Positions 48,945 to 57,972 of a stretch of DNA of 64,000 nt are shown here, in pieces. The notes under the pieces are model-generated. The model was not told the DNA's origin, did no database searches, and worked only from the letters and a program-made list of their open reading frames with translations. The DNA is from Defluviicoccus sp. GTDB lineage: Bacteria; Pseudomonadota; Alphaproteobacteria; MPNO01. Position numbers and translations under genes: made by a program. The DNA lies in assembly GCA_022826125.1 (NCBI GenBank), contig JAJDVM010000264.1:1553-65552 (forward strand), in the 5' to 3' direction. Within the stretch, counting starts at the first letter, position 1; each line of letters starts with the position of its first letter.

Positions 48945-50852
48945 TCAGGCGTCCTTGTCCTCGCCGCCATCGTCTTCGTCCGCGCCGGCTTCTTCCCCGT
49001 CCGCGCCGGTATCGTCTTCGCCCGCGTTGGCTTCTTCCTCGCCCGCGCCGGTATCGCCTTCGTCCTCGTCAGCCGGCGCGGACGCTTCGGCCGTGTCGTC
49101 CTCCTCCGTCCCGGCCGTGGCCTCGCGCTGGGCACGCTCGCGGATCGCGGCGCCGAGAATATCGCCCAGGCTGGCCCCGGAATCCGTCGAACCGTACTCG
49201 GCCATCGCCTGCTTCTCCTCGGCCACCTCCTGCGCCTTGACCGACAGGCTGAGCTTGCGGTCGCGCTTGTCGACACTGGTGACCCGGGCGTCGAACCGGT
49301 CGCCCGGCGCGAAACGGTCGGGGCGCTGGTCGGCGCGGTCGCGCGAAAGCTCCGCCCGGCGGATGAATCCGGGCAGGCCGCTGGCCACGGTGACCTCGAT
49401 CCCGGTGTCGAGCACCTTGGCGACGGTGCAGGTCAGGACATCGCCCCGCTTCACGTTCTCGATTGCGATTCCGACCTGATCTTCCTCGAGCTGCTTGATG
49501 CCGAGCGAAATGCGCTCCCTCTCCGGGTCGACGTCCAGCACCTTCGCCTTCACCGGGTCTCCCTTCTTGAAGTCGCGCAGCGCCTCTTCGCCGGGGCGCG
49601 ACCAGTCGATATCCGAGAGATGCACCATCCCGTCGATCTCGCTGTCGAGGCCGACGAACAGGCCGAACTCGGTGATGTTCTTGACCTCGCCGTCGATGAC
49701 CGAGCCCACCGGATGGCTTTCGAGGAACTGGTCCCACGGGTTCTCGCGGCACTGCTTGATGCCGAGCGAGACCCGGCGCTTGTTGGAATCGACTTCCAGC
49801 ACCATCACCTCGACCTCCTGGCTGGTCGAGACGATCTTGCCCGGGTGGACGTTCTTCTTGGTCCAGCTCATCTCCGAGACATGGACCAGCCCCTCGACGC
49901 CGGGCTCCAGCTCGACGAAGGCGCCGTAGTCGGTGATGTTGCTGACCCGGCCGGTGAACTTCACGCCCACCGGGTACTTGTGCTCCACCCCGTCCCACGG
50001 GTCGGCTTCGAGCTGCTTCATGCCGAGCGAAATGCGCTGGGTCTCGGGGTTGTACCGGATGACCTGCACCTTGACGGTCTGCCCGATGCTGAGCGCATCG
50101 CTCGGATGGTTGATCCGGCGCCACGCGATGTCGGTGACGTGCAGCAGCCCGTCGACCCCGCCGAGATCGACGAACGCGCCGTAATCGGTGATGTTCTTGA
50201 CGATCCCTTCTAGGATCTGGCGTTCCTTGAGATTGGCGAGAAGCTCGTTGCGCGCCTCGGCGCGGGATTCCTCGAGCACCGCGCGGCGCGAGACGACGAT
50301 ATTGCCGCGGCGGCGGTCCATCTTGAGGATCTGGAACGGCTGCGGCGTTCCCATCAGCGGCGAGACGTCGCGCACCGGGCGCACGTCGACCTGGCTGCCC
50401 GGGAGGAACGCCACCGCGCCGGAGAGGTCGACCGTGAAACCGCCCTTGACCCGGCCGAAGATCGTGCCGCTGACCCGTTCTCCGTCGCCGAAAGCCTTCT
50501 CGAGCAGGGTCCACGCCTCTTCGCGCCGCGCCCGCTCGCGCGACAGGACCGCCTCGCCGTTGCGGTCCTCCATGCGCTCCAGATAGACGTCGACCGAGTC
50601 GCCCACCTTCAGCTCGGGCTCGCGGCCGGGCGCCGCGAACTCCTTGAGCGCGACCCGCCCCTCCGATTTGAGCCCGACATCGACGAGCGCCGAGTCGTTC
50701 TCGATACTGATCACGATTCCCTTGACCACCGACCCCTCGGTGGGCTCGCGCACCGCAAAGCTCTCCTCGAGCATGCTTGCGAAATTCTCTCCCGCGATCG
50801 CTTCGGGGGACGCGTCCGCCGCCTGCGGTTCGGCGGCTGCTTCGTTCGACAT
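48945..50852 (-). CDS. rpsA: 30S ribosomal protein S1 with an acidic C-terminal extension
   Basis: 635 aa. There are six S1/OB repeats (for example GSVVKGIVISIENDSALVDVGLKSEG). About 70 residues at the C-terminus are rich in D, E, G and A. Confidence 0.95.
   Translation of the reverse strand: MSNEAAAEPQAADASPEAIAGENFASMLEESFAVREPTEGSVVKGIVISIENDSALVDVGLKSEGRVALKEFAAPGREPELKVGDSVDVYLERMEDRNGEAVLSRERARREEAWTLLEKAFGDGERVSGTIFGRVKGGFTVDLSGAVAFLPGSQVDVRPVRDVSPLMGTPQPFQILKMDRRRGNIVVSRRAVLEESRAEARNELLANLKERQILEGIVKNITDYGAFVDLGGVDGLLHVTDIAWRRINHPSDALSIGQTVKVQVIRYNPETQRISLGMKQLEADPWDGVEHKYPVGVKFTGRVSNITDYGAFVELEPGVEGLVHVSEMSWTKKNVHPGKIVSTSQEVEVMVLEVDSNKRRVSLGIKQCRENPWDQFLESHPVGSVIDGEVKNITEFGLFVGLDSEIDGMVHLSDIDWSRPGEEALRDFKKGDPVKAKVLDVDPERERISLGIKQLEEDQVGIAIENVKRGDVLTCTVAKVLDTGIEVTVASGLPGFIRRAELSRDRADQRPDRFAPGDRFDARVTSVDKRDRKLSLSVKAQEVAEEKQAMAEYGSTDSGASLGDILGAAIRERAQREATAGTEEDDTAEASAPADEDEGDTGAGEEEANAGEDDTGADGEEAGADEDDGGEDKDA
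48981..49064. repeat. four imperfect 21-bp tandem repeats inside the rpsA 3' end
   Basis: The units are CGCGCCGGCTTCTTCCCCGTC / CGCGCCGGTATCGTCTTCGCC / CGCGTTGGCTTCTTCCTCGCC / CGCGCCGGTATCGCCTTCGTC. They encode acidic heptads (DGEEAGA, GEDDTGA, GEEEANA, DEGDTGA). Confidence 0.7.
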
Positions 50853-50946
50853 GGGCGTTCCTGCCTCTTCGGCCTCTGTTCAAACCCTTCCTGGCCCAAA
50901 ACCGGCCCCGTCCGGAGAACTGCGCGCGGCAGTCTTCCGGGCGGCA

Positions 50947-51612
50947 CTACTTTCGGGACGTCGTCTGCGCGTCGAAGTGCGCCAGCGCCTCCCGGAACAC
51001 CTCGTCCGCATTCATGGTCGAGGTGTCGATCACGAAAGCGTCTTCGGCGGGCGCCAGCGGCGCCACCGCGCGATCCCGATCCCGAGCGTCGCGCGTTTCC
51101 ATATCACGCAAAACTGCCGCGTATATAGCGTTTGAGCCCCGCTCCCGCAACTCGCGAACGCGCCGCCGGGCGCGCACTTCCGGGCTGGCGTCGAGAAAGA
51201 GCTTCACCTCCGCGTCCGGGCAGACCGCGGTGCCGATGTCCCGCCCGTCGAGCACCGCCCCCGGGGCGGCATTCGGCGGGGCGGCGGCGAATGCGCGCTG
51301 GAAGTCGAGCAGCGCCGCGCGAACGCCCGCGTCGGCGGCGACCACGCTCGCCGCGTCCGCGACCGTCTCGTCCCGGAGCCCTTCGCCTGCGAGTTCGGCC
51401 GCCTCGAGCGCCCGCGCCGCCCGCACCGCCGAGTCGCTGTCGGCCGGATCGCCGTTCCCGTCGATCACCCGCCTTGCCACGGCGCGATAGAGGAGGCCGG
51501 TGTCGAGATACGCGAAGCCGAGATGTTCGGCGAGACGCCGGGCGATCGTGCCCTTGCCGCTCGCCGCCGGCCCGTCCACCGTGACGACGATGGGCGTGTC
51601 AGGCATCCGCAT
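50947..51612 (-). CDS. cmk: (d)CMP kinase
   Basis: 221 aa with P-loop VTVDGPAASGKGT; ...LDGRDIGT... Confidence 0.92.
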   Translation of the reverse strand: MRMPDTPIVVTVDGPAASGKGTIARRLAEHLGFAYLDTGLLYRAVARRVIDGNGDPADSDSAVRAARALEAAELAGEGLRDETVADAASVVAADAGVRAALLDFQRAFAAAPPNAAPGAVLDGRDIGTAVCPDAEVKLFLDASPEVRARRRVRELRERGSNAIYAAVLRDMETRDARDRDRAVAPLAPAEDAFVIDTSTMNADEVFREALAHFDAQTTSRK

Positions 51613-52945
51613 CCTCGACCGGCGCTATCGCCGCGCCGAGCCCGTTCATCGCCTCCGCGAAGCCGGGGAAGCTGGTGCCGATGGTCTCGGTGCCGACGAC
51701 CCTGATCGGACGTTCGCAGGCGAGACCCAGCACCAGGAACGCCATCGCGATCCGATGGTCGTGCGCGGCTTCGATCGTGCCGCCGCCCGCCGGGCGCCTC
51801 TCGCTTCCCTCGACGATCAATGTGTCGCCCTCCACCGCGGCGCCCACGCCGGCCGCGCGAAGCCCATCCGCTATCGCCGCGAGCCGGTCGCTCTCCTTGA
51901 CCCGCAGCTCGCCGAGCCCGTGCATCCGCGTCGTGCCGTGCGCGAAGGCGGCGGCGACGGCGAGGATCGGGTACTCGTCGATCATGCGCGGCGCCCTGTC
52001 GGCGGGCACGTCTATCGCCCTGAGCCCGGCCTTCCCGGGGTGCGAGACGGTGAGATCGCCCGCCGGCTCGGCCTCCGCCGTTTCGGCGCTCTCGACGGCG
52101 ACGGCGGCACCCATCTCGGCGAGGCAGTCGAACAGCCCGGTGCGCGTCGGGTTGAGACCGACACCGGGAATATGGACCCGCGAGCCCGGGACCAGCAGGG
52201 CGGCGACCCCGGGGAAGGCGGCCGAGGACGGATCGCCCGGCACGGACACGGGGCGGCCCGAGATTTCCGGCTGGCCGCGCAGCGTAATCGCGCGGCCGCC
52301 GCCCTTGTCCGCGACCGAGATGTCGACCCCGAACCGGCGCAGCATCAACTCGCTGTGATCCCGCGTCCGGCGCGGTTCGATCACCGTCGTCTCGCCCGGC
52401 GTGTTGAGCGCGGCGAGGAGGATCGCCGATTTGACCTGCGCCGACGCCACCGGCAACGCGTATTCGATCGGCACCGGATCCCTGGCCCCGGTCACCGTCA
52501 GCGGCAGCAGGTCGCCCTCGCGCGCCGAAACGACCGCGCCCATCGCGCGCAGCGGTTCCGCCACCCGGCCCATCGGCCGGGTTCGAAGCGAGGCGTCGCC
52601 GGTCATCGTCGCGGTGAGCGGGTGGGTGCCCAGGACGCCGAGCAGCAGCCGCGCCGCGGTCCCGGAATTGCCCAGGTCCAGGACCGTATCGGGCTCGGCC
52701 AGCCCGCCGATGCCGGTGCCGTGCACCGACCACTCGCCGCGGCCGGTCCGCTCGACCGATGCGCCGAGGGCGCGCAGCGCGGCCGCGGTGGCGAGGACGT
52801 CCTCGCCTTCGAGCAGGCCGTCGATGCGCGACTCGCCGACCGCGAGCGCGCTCACGATCAGCGCGCGGTGGGAGATCGACTTGTCGCCGGGGACCCGTAT
52901 TGTGCCGGAAAGGCATCCTGCGGATCCCGAGTCCAGTATCGCCAT
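51599..52945 (-). CDS. aroA: 3-phosphoshikimate 1-carboxyvinyltransferase
   Basis: 448 aa: ...IRVPGDKSISHRALI...LGNSGTAARLL... Confidence 0.95.
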   Translation of the reverse strand: MAILDSGSAGCLSGTIRVPGDKSISHRALIVSALAVGESRIDGLLEGEDVLATAAALRALGASVERTGRGEWSVHGTGIGGLAEPDTVLDLGNSGTAARLLLGVLGTHPLTATMTGDASLRTRPMGRVAEPLRAMGAVVSAREGDLLPLTVTGARDPVPIEYALPVASAQVKSAILLAALNTPGETTVIEPRRTRDHSELMLRRFGVDISVADKGGGRAITLRGQPEISGRPVSVPGDPSSAAFPGVAALLVPGSRVHIPGVGLNPTRTGLFDCLAEMGAAVAVESAETAEAEPAGDLTVSHPGKAGLRAIDVPADRAPRMIDEYPILAVAAAFAHGTTRMHGLGELRVKESDRLAAIADGLRAAGVGAAVEGDTLIVEGSERRPAGGGTIEAAHDHRIAMAFLVLGLACERPIRVVGTETIGTSFPGFAEAMNGLGAAIAPVEDADA

Positions 52946-53094
52946 GGTGACATCGGGGTTGGGATCGGCGGAGCCGATTTAGCATACCGCCGGGCCATGC
53001 GCGATTCCGTCGCGGCCGGGGGCGCAACTTCGCTTTGACAGAGCGCCGCGTTCGTGGCAATGGCTCCCGCGTTTCGAAACCTGTGGAGGACGGG

Positions 53095-53448
53095 GTGGCG
53101 AAGCCCGAGTGGGGACTGAAGCGGACCTGCCGCGAGTGCGGAAAGCGCTTTTACGATTTTCATCGCGATCCGATCGTCTGCCCGGGCTGCCAGGCGGTTT
53201 TCGATCCGCTGGCGGCGCTCAGGCCGCGGCGCGGCCGCGCGGCGCCGGCCGCCGCGGCCCCGGTCCCCAAGGCCGTCGTCGAGGAGGAACCGGACGAGAC
53301 CGGAAAAGAGGAGGATGCCGGGGAGGACGTCGTCGAGGTCGAGGACGATGCGGTTATCGACACCGAGGACGATGACGGTATGATCGAGTCCGATTCCGAT
53401 CTCGGGGACGACGAAATTTCGGACGTCATAGCGGACGAGGAGGGGTGA
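53095..53448 (+). CDS. TIGR02300 (FYDLN_acid) zinc-ribbon protein
   Basis: VAKPEWGLKRTCRECGKRFYDFHRDPIVCPGCQAVFDP followed by an acidic tail. I preferred GTG 53095, which has a GGAGGA RBS, to the track start at 53035. Confidence 0.75.
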   Translation: MAKPEWGLKRTCRECGKRFYDFHRDPIVCPGCQAVFDPLAALRPRRGRAAPAAAAPVPKAVVEEEPDETGKEEDAGEDVVEVEDDAVIDTEDDDGMIESDSDLGDDEISDVIADEEG

Positions 53449-53476
53449 AAACGCTCGTCGAACGGGAAGAGACACG

Positions 53477-53552
<76 letters not shown>

Positions 53553-53559
53553 GACACCG

Positions 53560-53585
53560 GGACCCGGCCGCAAACGGCCGGGTCC
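53560..53585 (+). terminator. 11-bp stem-loop after tRNA-Ala
   Basis: GGACCCGGCCG-CAAA-CGGCCGGGTCC. The following GGCCGTTTGCGG could pair alternatively with the loop region. Only a short T-run follows. Confidence 0.4.
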
Positions 53586-53643
53586 TGGCCGTTTGCGGTG
53601 CGGGCTTTCCGGGTAGACCCTGAATGCGCCGGCGAGATCCGGT

Positions 53644-53949
53644 TCAACCCGGTCGCGCCTCCAGCGTGGGGATCGCAGAGACATCGACCGTGCGTTCCGC
53701 GACGGCAAGATCGTGGATCCGCTGAAGATTGATCCAGAATCGCGCGCCGTTGCCGAAGAGCTTGCCCAGCCGAACCGCCATTTCCGCCGTTACCGGCTGC
53801 TTCTCGTTCAGAATATCGTAGAGAGTCTGCCGGGAAATTCCGAGAGCGGCGGCTACGGATGTCTTGCTGACGGCCAGTGCAGGCAGGATATCCTCACGGA
53901 GAATCTCGCCAGGATGCACCGGGTCGATGGAAGGATGTCGTTCGATCAT
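53644..53949 (-). CDS. higA: HigA-family antitoxin (XRE HTH)
   Basis: 101 aa from ATG 53949: MIERHPSIDPVHPGEILREDILPALAVSKTSVAAALGISRQTLYDILNEKQPVTAEMAVRLGKLFG. It has an ATGA overlap with the higB stop. Confidence 0.8.
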   Translation of the reverse strand: MIERHPSIDPVHPGEILREDILPALAVSKTSVAAALGISRQTLYDILNEKQPVTAEMAVRLGKLFGNGARFWINLQRIHDLAVAERTVDVSAIPTLEARPG

Positions 53950-54227
53950 CAGTGATAGTCCTCTATATCCACGTCTGCCGCACCGTCCTCGTCCCAGCCG
54001 AAGGTAACCCGGAGGTTCGCGGTCAGACGAACCGCATAGCGGCCCTTCCGGTCGCCCTTGAGAGGGTGGAAATACGATCCTGGATAGTTCGCTTCCGAAG
54101 GCGTATCCGCCGCTTCGAGCGCCGCCAATATCCGGCGCAGTCTCCCGATCCATTCCGCATTCAGGCCTCGCGCCCGCCCCCTCGTCCAATAGTCGCGAAG
54201 CGCCTTGTGTCGGATGCTGCCGATCAT
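53949..54227 (-). CDS. higB: HigB-like toxin (RelE/ParE superfamily)
   Basis: 92 aa: MIGSIRHKALRDYWTRG...HPLKGDRKGRYAVRLTANLRVTFGWDEDGAADVDIEDYH. The toxin-first gene order is typical of HigBA. Confidence 0.8.
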   Translation of the reverse strand: MIGSIRHKALRDYWTRGRARGLNAEWIGRLRRILAALEAADTPSEANYPGSYFHPLKGDRKGRYAVRLTANLRVTFGWDEDGAADVDIEDYH

Positions 54228-54323
54228 GCGTAGAAGAGGGGACGAAACCGGATCGCCGTCAGGCGATACCTGACATATTGTCGCAGGTTCGAGGCGCTTG
54301 CAAGAGCCCTGCCGCGCCCGGAA

Positions 54324-54911
54324 TCAACCCAGCGCGTAGGGAACCTGGTTCGGGCCCGGGATCGGCTCGCCGTCGACGCCGTTCTCGTAGCCTTTCTGCC
54401 TGAAGGTCCCGGTGCGCTGGCTGCGCACGATGAAGGCTACGGTCTTCCGGTCTCCGGCAAATTCCGAATGGATCTCGTGCGGCGGCACGATGTCGACGTC
54501 GCCCGGGCCGCACTCGATCGACATCGTCTCTTCCAGGCGCCTTGTGCCGTCCTCGTCCGTCGCCACCTCGAAGCGGACGATGCGCTCCTCGCCTTCGAGA
54601 AGGCCGTATACCGTCCAGCTCGGACCGTGATCGTGGATCATCGCCCGGCCGCCCGGGTTCTTGATCAGGCCGTTCAGCGCGAAACCGTAATCCGGGTCCT
54701 CGTAGAAGAGGAGGTTGTCCACCTTCCTGCCATCGTATCCGCCGACCGGCCAGTTCCGGGCATGCGCCTTCAGCTCGGGGTCCCCGAGGAGGCCGGCGAG
54801 CAGTTCGCCGCAGCGGCGCCAGCGGGCTTCCCCTTCGAGCCCGGCGGCGCAGGCCGCGCGCATTTCCGCCACGAATTTCTCCACCGCGGGCAGCATTTTC
54901 GTCCGTTCCAT
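54324..54911 (-). CDS. cupin, cysteine dioxygenase type I-like (tentative)
   Basis: 195 aa. The metal-site-like region reads AMIHDHGPSWTVYGLLEG...PPHEIHSE. Confidence 0.55.
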   Translation of the reverse strand: MERTKMLPAVEKFVAEMRAACAAGLEGEARWRRCGELLAGLLGDPELKAHARNWPVGGYDGRKVDNLLFYEDPDYGFALNGLIKNPGGRAMIHDHGPSWTVYGLLEGEERIVRFEVATDEDGTRRLEETMSIECGPGDVDIVPPHEIHSEFAGDRKTVAFIVRSQRTGTFRQKGYENGVDGEPIPGPNQVPYALG

Positions 54912-55102
54912 GGGGCTTCTCCCGGTTCCCGCGAACGATACCGCCGGCCGATTCCGGGGTCAAAGCGGCGCGTTGCCAACCGGGAAGCCGGTGCGTAGTG
55001 TTCGTTCGCTAGCTAAGCATCGGCGTTCCCCGCCGGATCGGCCGCGCCAAGCATGCATCGGAACGAGGAAGCGGACGAGGGTTGACTGTGTCTGAAGGCA
55101 AG

Positions 55103-55864
55103 ATGGAAACGATCACGCTGCAGGGAATCGACCTGCCCTATGTGCGGAGCGGCAGCGGCCGGACGCTTCTCATGCTTCACGGCGGCGGCGGGCCGGTGGC
55201 GCCGATGCCGTTCGCCGCGACGCTGATGGAGCATTTCGACGTCGTCGCGCCGATCCATCCCGGTTTCGCGGGCACGCGCATCCCCGACCACTTCGACAAC
55301 ATCCACGACCTCAAGTTTCTCTATCTCGACTTTATCGACGCGCTGGAGATCGAGGATGCCGTCCTGATGGGCTTCTCCATGGGCGGCTGGACGGCGGCCG
55401 AAATCGCGGTGATGACCACCGCGCGTTTCTCGAGGATCGTGCTGGTCGACTCCGTGGGCATCAAGCCCGGCGATCGCGACACGCGAGACGTTGCCGACGT
55501 GTTCGCGACGCACCCGGCGGAACTGCTCAAGCTGACCTGGCACGACACGTCCAAGGCGCCCAATGTCGCCGAGATGGACGAGGACGCGCTCGCCGCGATG
55601 GCCGGCAACCGGATCGCGCTGGCCCTCTATACCTTCGATCCCTACATGCACAACCCGAAGCTGCCGGGGCTCCTGCACCGCATCGACATTCCGACGCTCC
55701 TGATCTGGGGCGAGAGCGACGGGCTCGTCACGCCGGAATACGGCGCCGCCTTCCGCAACATGATCCCCGGTGCCCGGCTGGTGGTGATCCCCGAGGCCGG
55801 GCACGCCCCGCAGGCCGAACAGCCCGAGGCCTTCGTCTCCGAAATTCTCGCCTTCGCGTCCTAA
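55103..55864 (+). CDS. alpha/beta hydrolase (meta-cleavage-product hydrolase-like)
   Basis: LMLHGGGG..., nucleophile elbow GFSMGG, C-terminal EAGHAPQAEQP. I preferred ATG 55103 to TTG 55082. Confidence 0.8.
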   Translation: METITLQGIDLPYVRSGSGRTLLMLHGGGGPVAPMPFAATLMEHFDVVAPIHPGFAGTRIPDHFDNIHDLKFLYLDFIDALEIEDAVLMGFSMGGWTAAEIAVMTTARFSRIVLVDSVGIKPGDRDTRDVADVFATHPAELLKLTWHDTSKAPNVAEMDEDALAAMAGNRIALALYTFDPYMHNPKLPGLLHRIDIPTLLIWGESDGLVTPEYGAAFRNMIPGARLVVIPEAGHAPQAEQPEAFVSEILAFAS

Positions 55865-55879
55865 CCGAGGAGCCCGACG

Positions 55880-57112
55880 TTGAAGACCTGGTTCTTTACC
55901 GAAGACGCCTATCCCTATCTCCCCGACCCGGACAGCTACGAGTCGATCCGCGTCAACCTGCCCAACAAGCACTACGATCCCGATATCGGCGCGGACCTCT
56001 ACCACCGCTATCTCGACATGTGGAGCGCGGCCGACGAGATCGGCCTCGAGATCATGCTCAACGAGCATCACCAGACCGCCACCTGCGTGGTGCCGGCGGC
56101 GCCCCTGATGCTGGCCATCCTGGCGCGCGAGACCAAGCGCGCGCGGCTCCTCATCCTCGGCAACCCGATCGCCAACCGGAACACGCCGGTGCGCGTCGCC
56201 GAGGAGATGGCCATGGTCGACGTGCTGTCGCGCGGCCGGCTCGAATGCGGCTTCGTGCGCGGGGTGCCCTACGAATCCGCGCCGGCCAACGTGATCGCGT
56301 TTCGCGGCACCGAGCGCCTGTGGGAGGCGCACGACCTGATCATGAAGGCCTGGACCCATCACGAGGGTCCGTTCAACTTCGAGGGCCGCTTCTACCACAT
56401 GCGCCAGGTCAACATCTGGCCGCGCCCCTACCAGCAGCCCCACCCGCCGGTCTGGGTCACCATCGGCAGCGCCGGCAGCGGCGTGCAGGTGGCGAAGCAC
56501 AAGCATGTCGGAGCCGTCTTCCTCGCCGGCTACAACGGCATCCGCACGATCTTCGACGGCTACCGCAGCGGCTACCGCGAGGCCCACGGCACCGAGGCCC
56601 CGCTCGACCGGCTCGCCTATTGCGCGCTGATCCATGTCGGCGAGAACGAAAGCCGGGCGCGCGAGGGGGCCGAGAAGATCCTCTGGTACATGACCTCCAA
56701 CAAGGTCGCCGCGCAGTGGAACAACCCGCCCGGCTACCACCCGCCGCATGTCGCGGCGATGATCATGAAGGGCGCGCGCGGCGGTGCCGGCGTGCCGCTC
56801 AACCCGCAGCTCGACGACCAGATGGCGCGCGGCAACGTGTTCGCCGGCACGCCCGACAAGGTGTTCGAGCAGATCAAGGCGTTCTGGGAGTATTCCGGCG
56901 GTTTCGGCCACCTGCTGATGATGGGCCAGGCCGGGTTCCTCAGCTACGGGGACACGCTGACCTCGATGCAGCTCTTCAACGACGAGGTCTATCCGAGGCT
57001 GCGCGAGCTCACCGAGTCCTACGATCCCGACCGCATGTCCCATCTGCGGAATTCGCTTCCCGACGTCGAGGCGACCTCGCTCGGCGATCTCGGCTTCGCT
57101 TTCGTCAGGTAG
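55880..57112 (+). CDS. LLM-class (luciferase-like) flavin-dependent oxidoreductase
   Basis: 410 aa: ...LEIMLNEHHQTATCVVPAAPLMLA...RLECGFVRG... TTG start with GAGGAG 7 nt upstream. Confidence 0.85.
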   Translation: MKTWFFTEDAYPYLPDPDSYESIRVNLPNKHYDPDIGADLYHRYLDMWSAADEIGLEIMLNEHHQTATCVVPAAPLMLAILARETKRARLLILGNPIANRNTPVRVAEEMAMVDVLSRGRLECGFVRGVPYESAPANVIAFRGTERLWEAHDLIMKAWTHHEGPFNFEGRFYHMRQVNIWPRPYQQPHPPVWVTIGSAGSGVQVAKHKHVGAVFLAGYNGIRTIFDGYRSGYREAHGTEAPLDRLAYCALIHVGENESRAREGAEKILWYMTSNKVAAQWNNPPGYHPPHVAAMIMKGARGGAGVPLNPQLDDQMARGNVFAGTPDKVFEQIKAFWEYSGGFGHLLMMGQAGFLSYGDTLTSMQLFNDEVYPRLRELTESYDPDRMSHLRNSLPDVEATSLGDLGFAFVR

Positions 57113-57117
57113 GTCCG

Positions 57118-57963
57118 ATGACGGAGATCGCCAGCAAGTACATCGACGTCGACGGCATCCGAACCCATTACCTGGAGGCGGGGGAGGGGCCGACGGTGAT
57201 CCTCCTGCATTCCGGCGAATACGGCGGCGCGGCGGAGATCAGCTGGCAGTTCACCATCCCGGCGCTCGCGCCCGAGTTCCGCGTCGTCGCGCCCGACTGG
57301 CTCGGCTTCGGCCGCACCGACAAAGTGTTCGACTTCGGCGACGCGCGGAGCCGCGTCTACCGCCACATGCAGCGTTTCGTCGAGCTCATGGGGATCGACG
57401 AGGCCGACTTCATGGGCAACTCGATGGGCGGCAGCAACCTCGCGCGGATCGCGGCGACCGAGCCCGACATCCTGCCGCTGCGCTCGATCGTGCTGTGCAG
57501 CGGCGGCGGATTCACGCCCGAGACCGAGGAGCGCAGGGTGCTGCTCGCCTATGACGGCAGCGAGGACGCGATGCGGGCGCTGGTCAAGGCGATGCTGCAC
57601 GACCCCAGATGGGGCGACGACGACGACCACATCGCGCGGAGGCAGGAGTTCGCGCTGATGAAGGGTGCCTGGGAATGTCAGTCGGCGCCCCGGCTCAGAC
57701 CGCCCGCGCGGGACGGCAAGGGCGGCTCCGGCTTCGGCACCCCGGACAGCACGCCCTACGAGAACATAAGCGTGCCGACGCTGATCGTGGCCGGCGCCAA
57801 CGACCCGCTGCGCGAGCCCGGCTACGCGCCCGGGCTCGCCGCGCGCATCGAGGGCTCGGAGATCCACGTATACGAGAATTGCGGGCACTGCCCCAATATC
57901 GAGCACGCCGAACGGTTCAACGCCCACGTGCTCGACTTTCTGCGCCGCGTAAACGCCGGCTGA
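57118..57963 (+). CDS. alpha/beta hydrolase
   Basis: 281 aa from ATG 57118: ...ILLHSGEYGG..., elbow GNSMGG, C-terminal NCGHCPNIEHAE. This is the tail of track ORF 56020..57963. Confidence 0.8.
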   Translation: MTEIASKYIDVDGIRTHYLEAGEGPTVILLHSGEYGGAAEISWQFTIPALAPEFRVVAPDWLGFGRTDKVFDFGDARSRVYRHMQRFVELMGIDEADFMGNSMGGSNLARIAATEPDILPLRSIVLCSGGGFTPETEERRVLLAYDGSEDAMRALVKAMLHDPRWGDDDDHIARRQEFALMKGAWECQSAPRLRPPARDGKGGSGFGTPDSTPYENISVPTLIVAGANDPLREPGYAPGLAARIEGSEIHVYENCGHCPNIEHAERFNAHVLDFLRRVNAG

Positions 57964-57972
57964 ACCGTCCGG

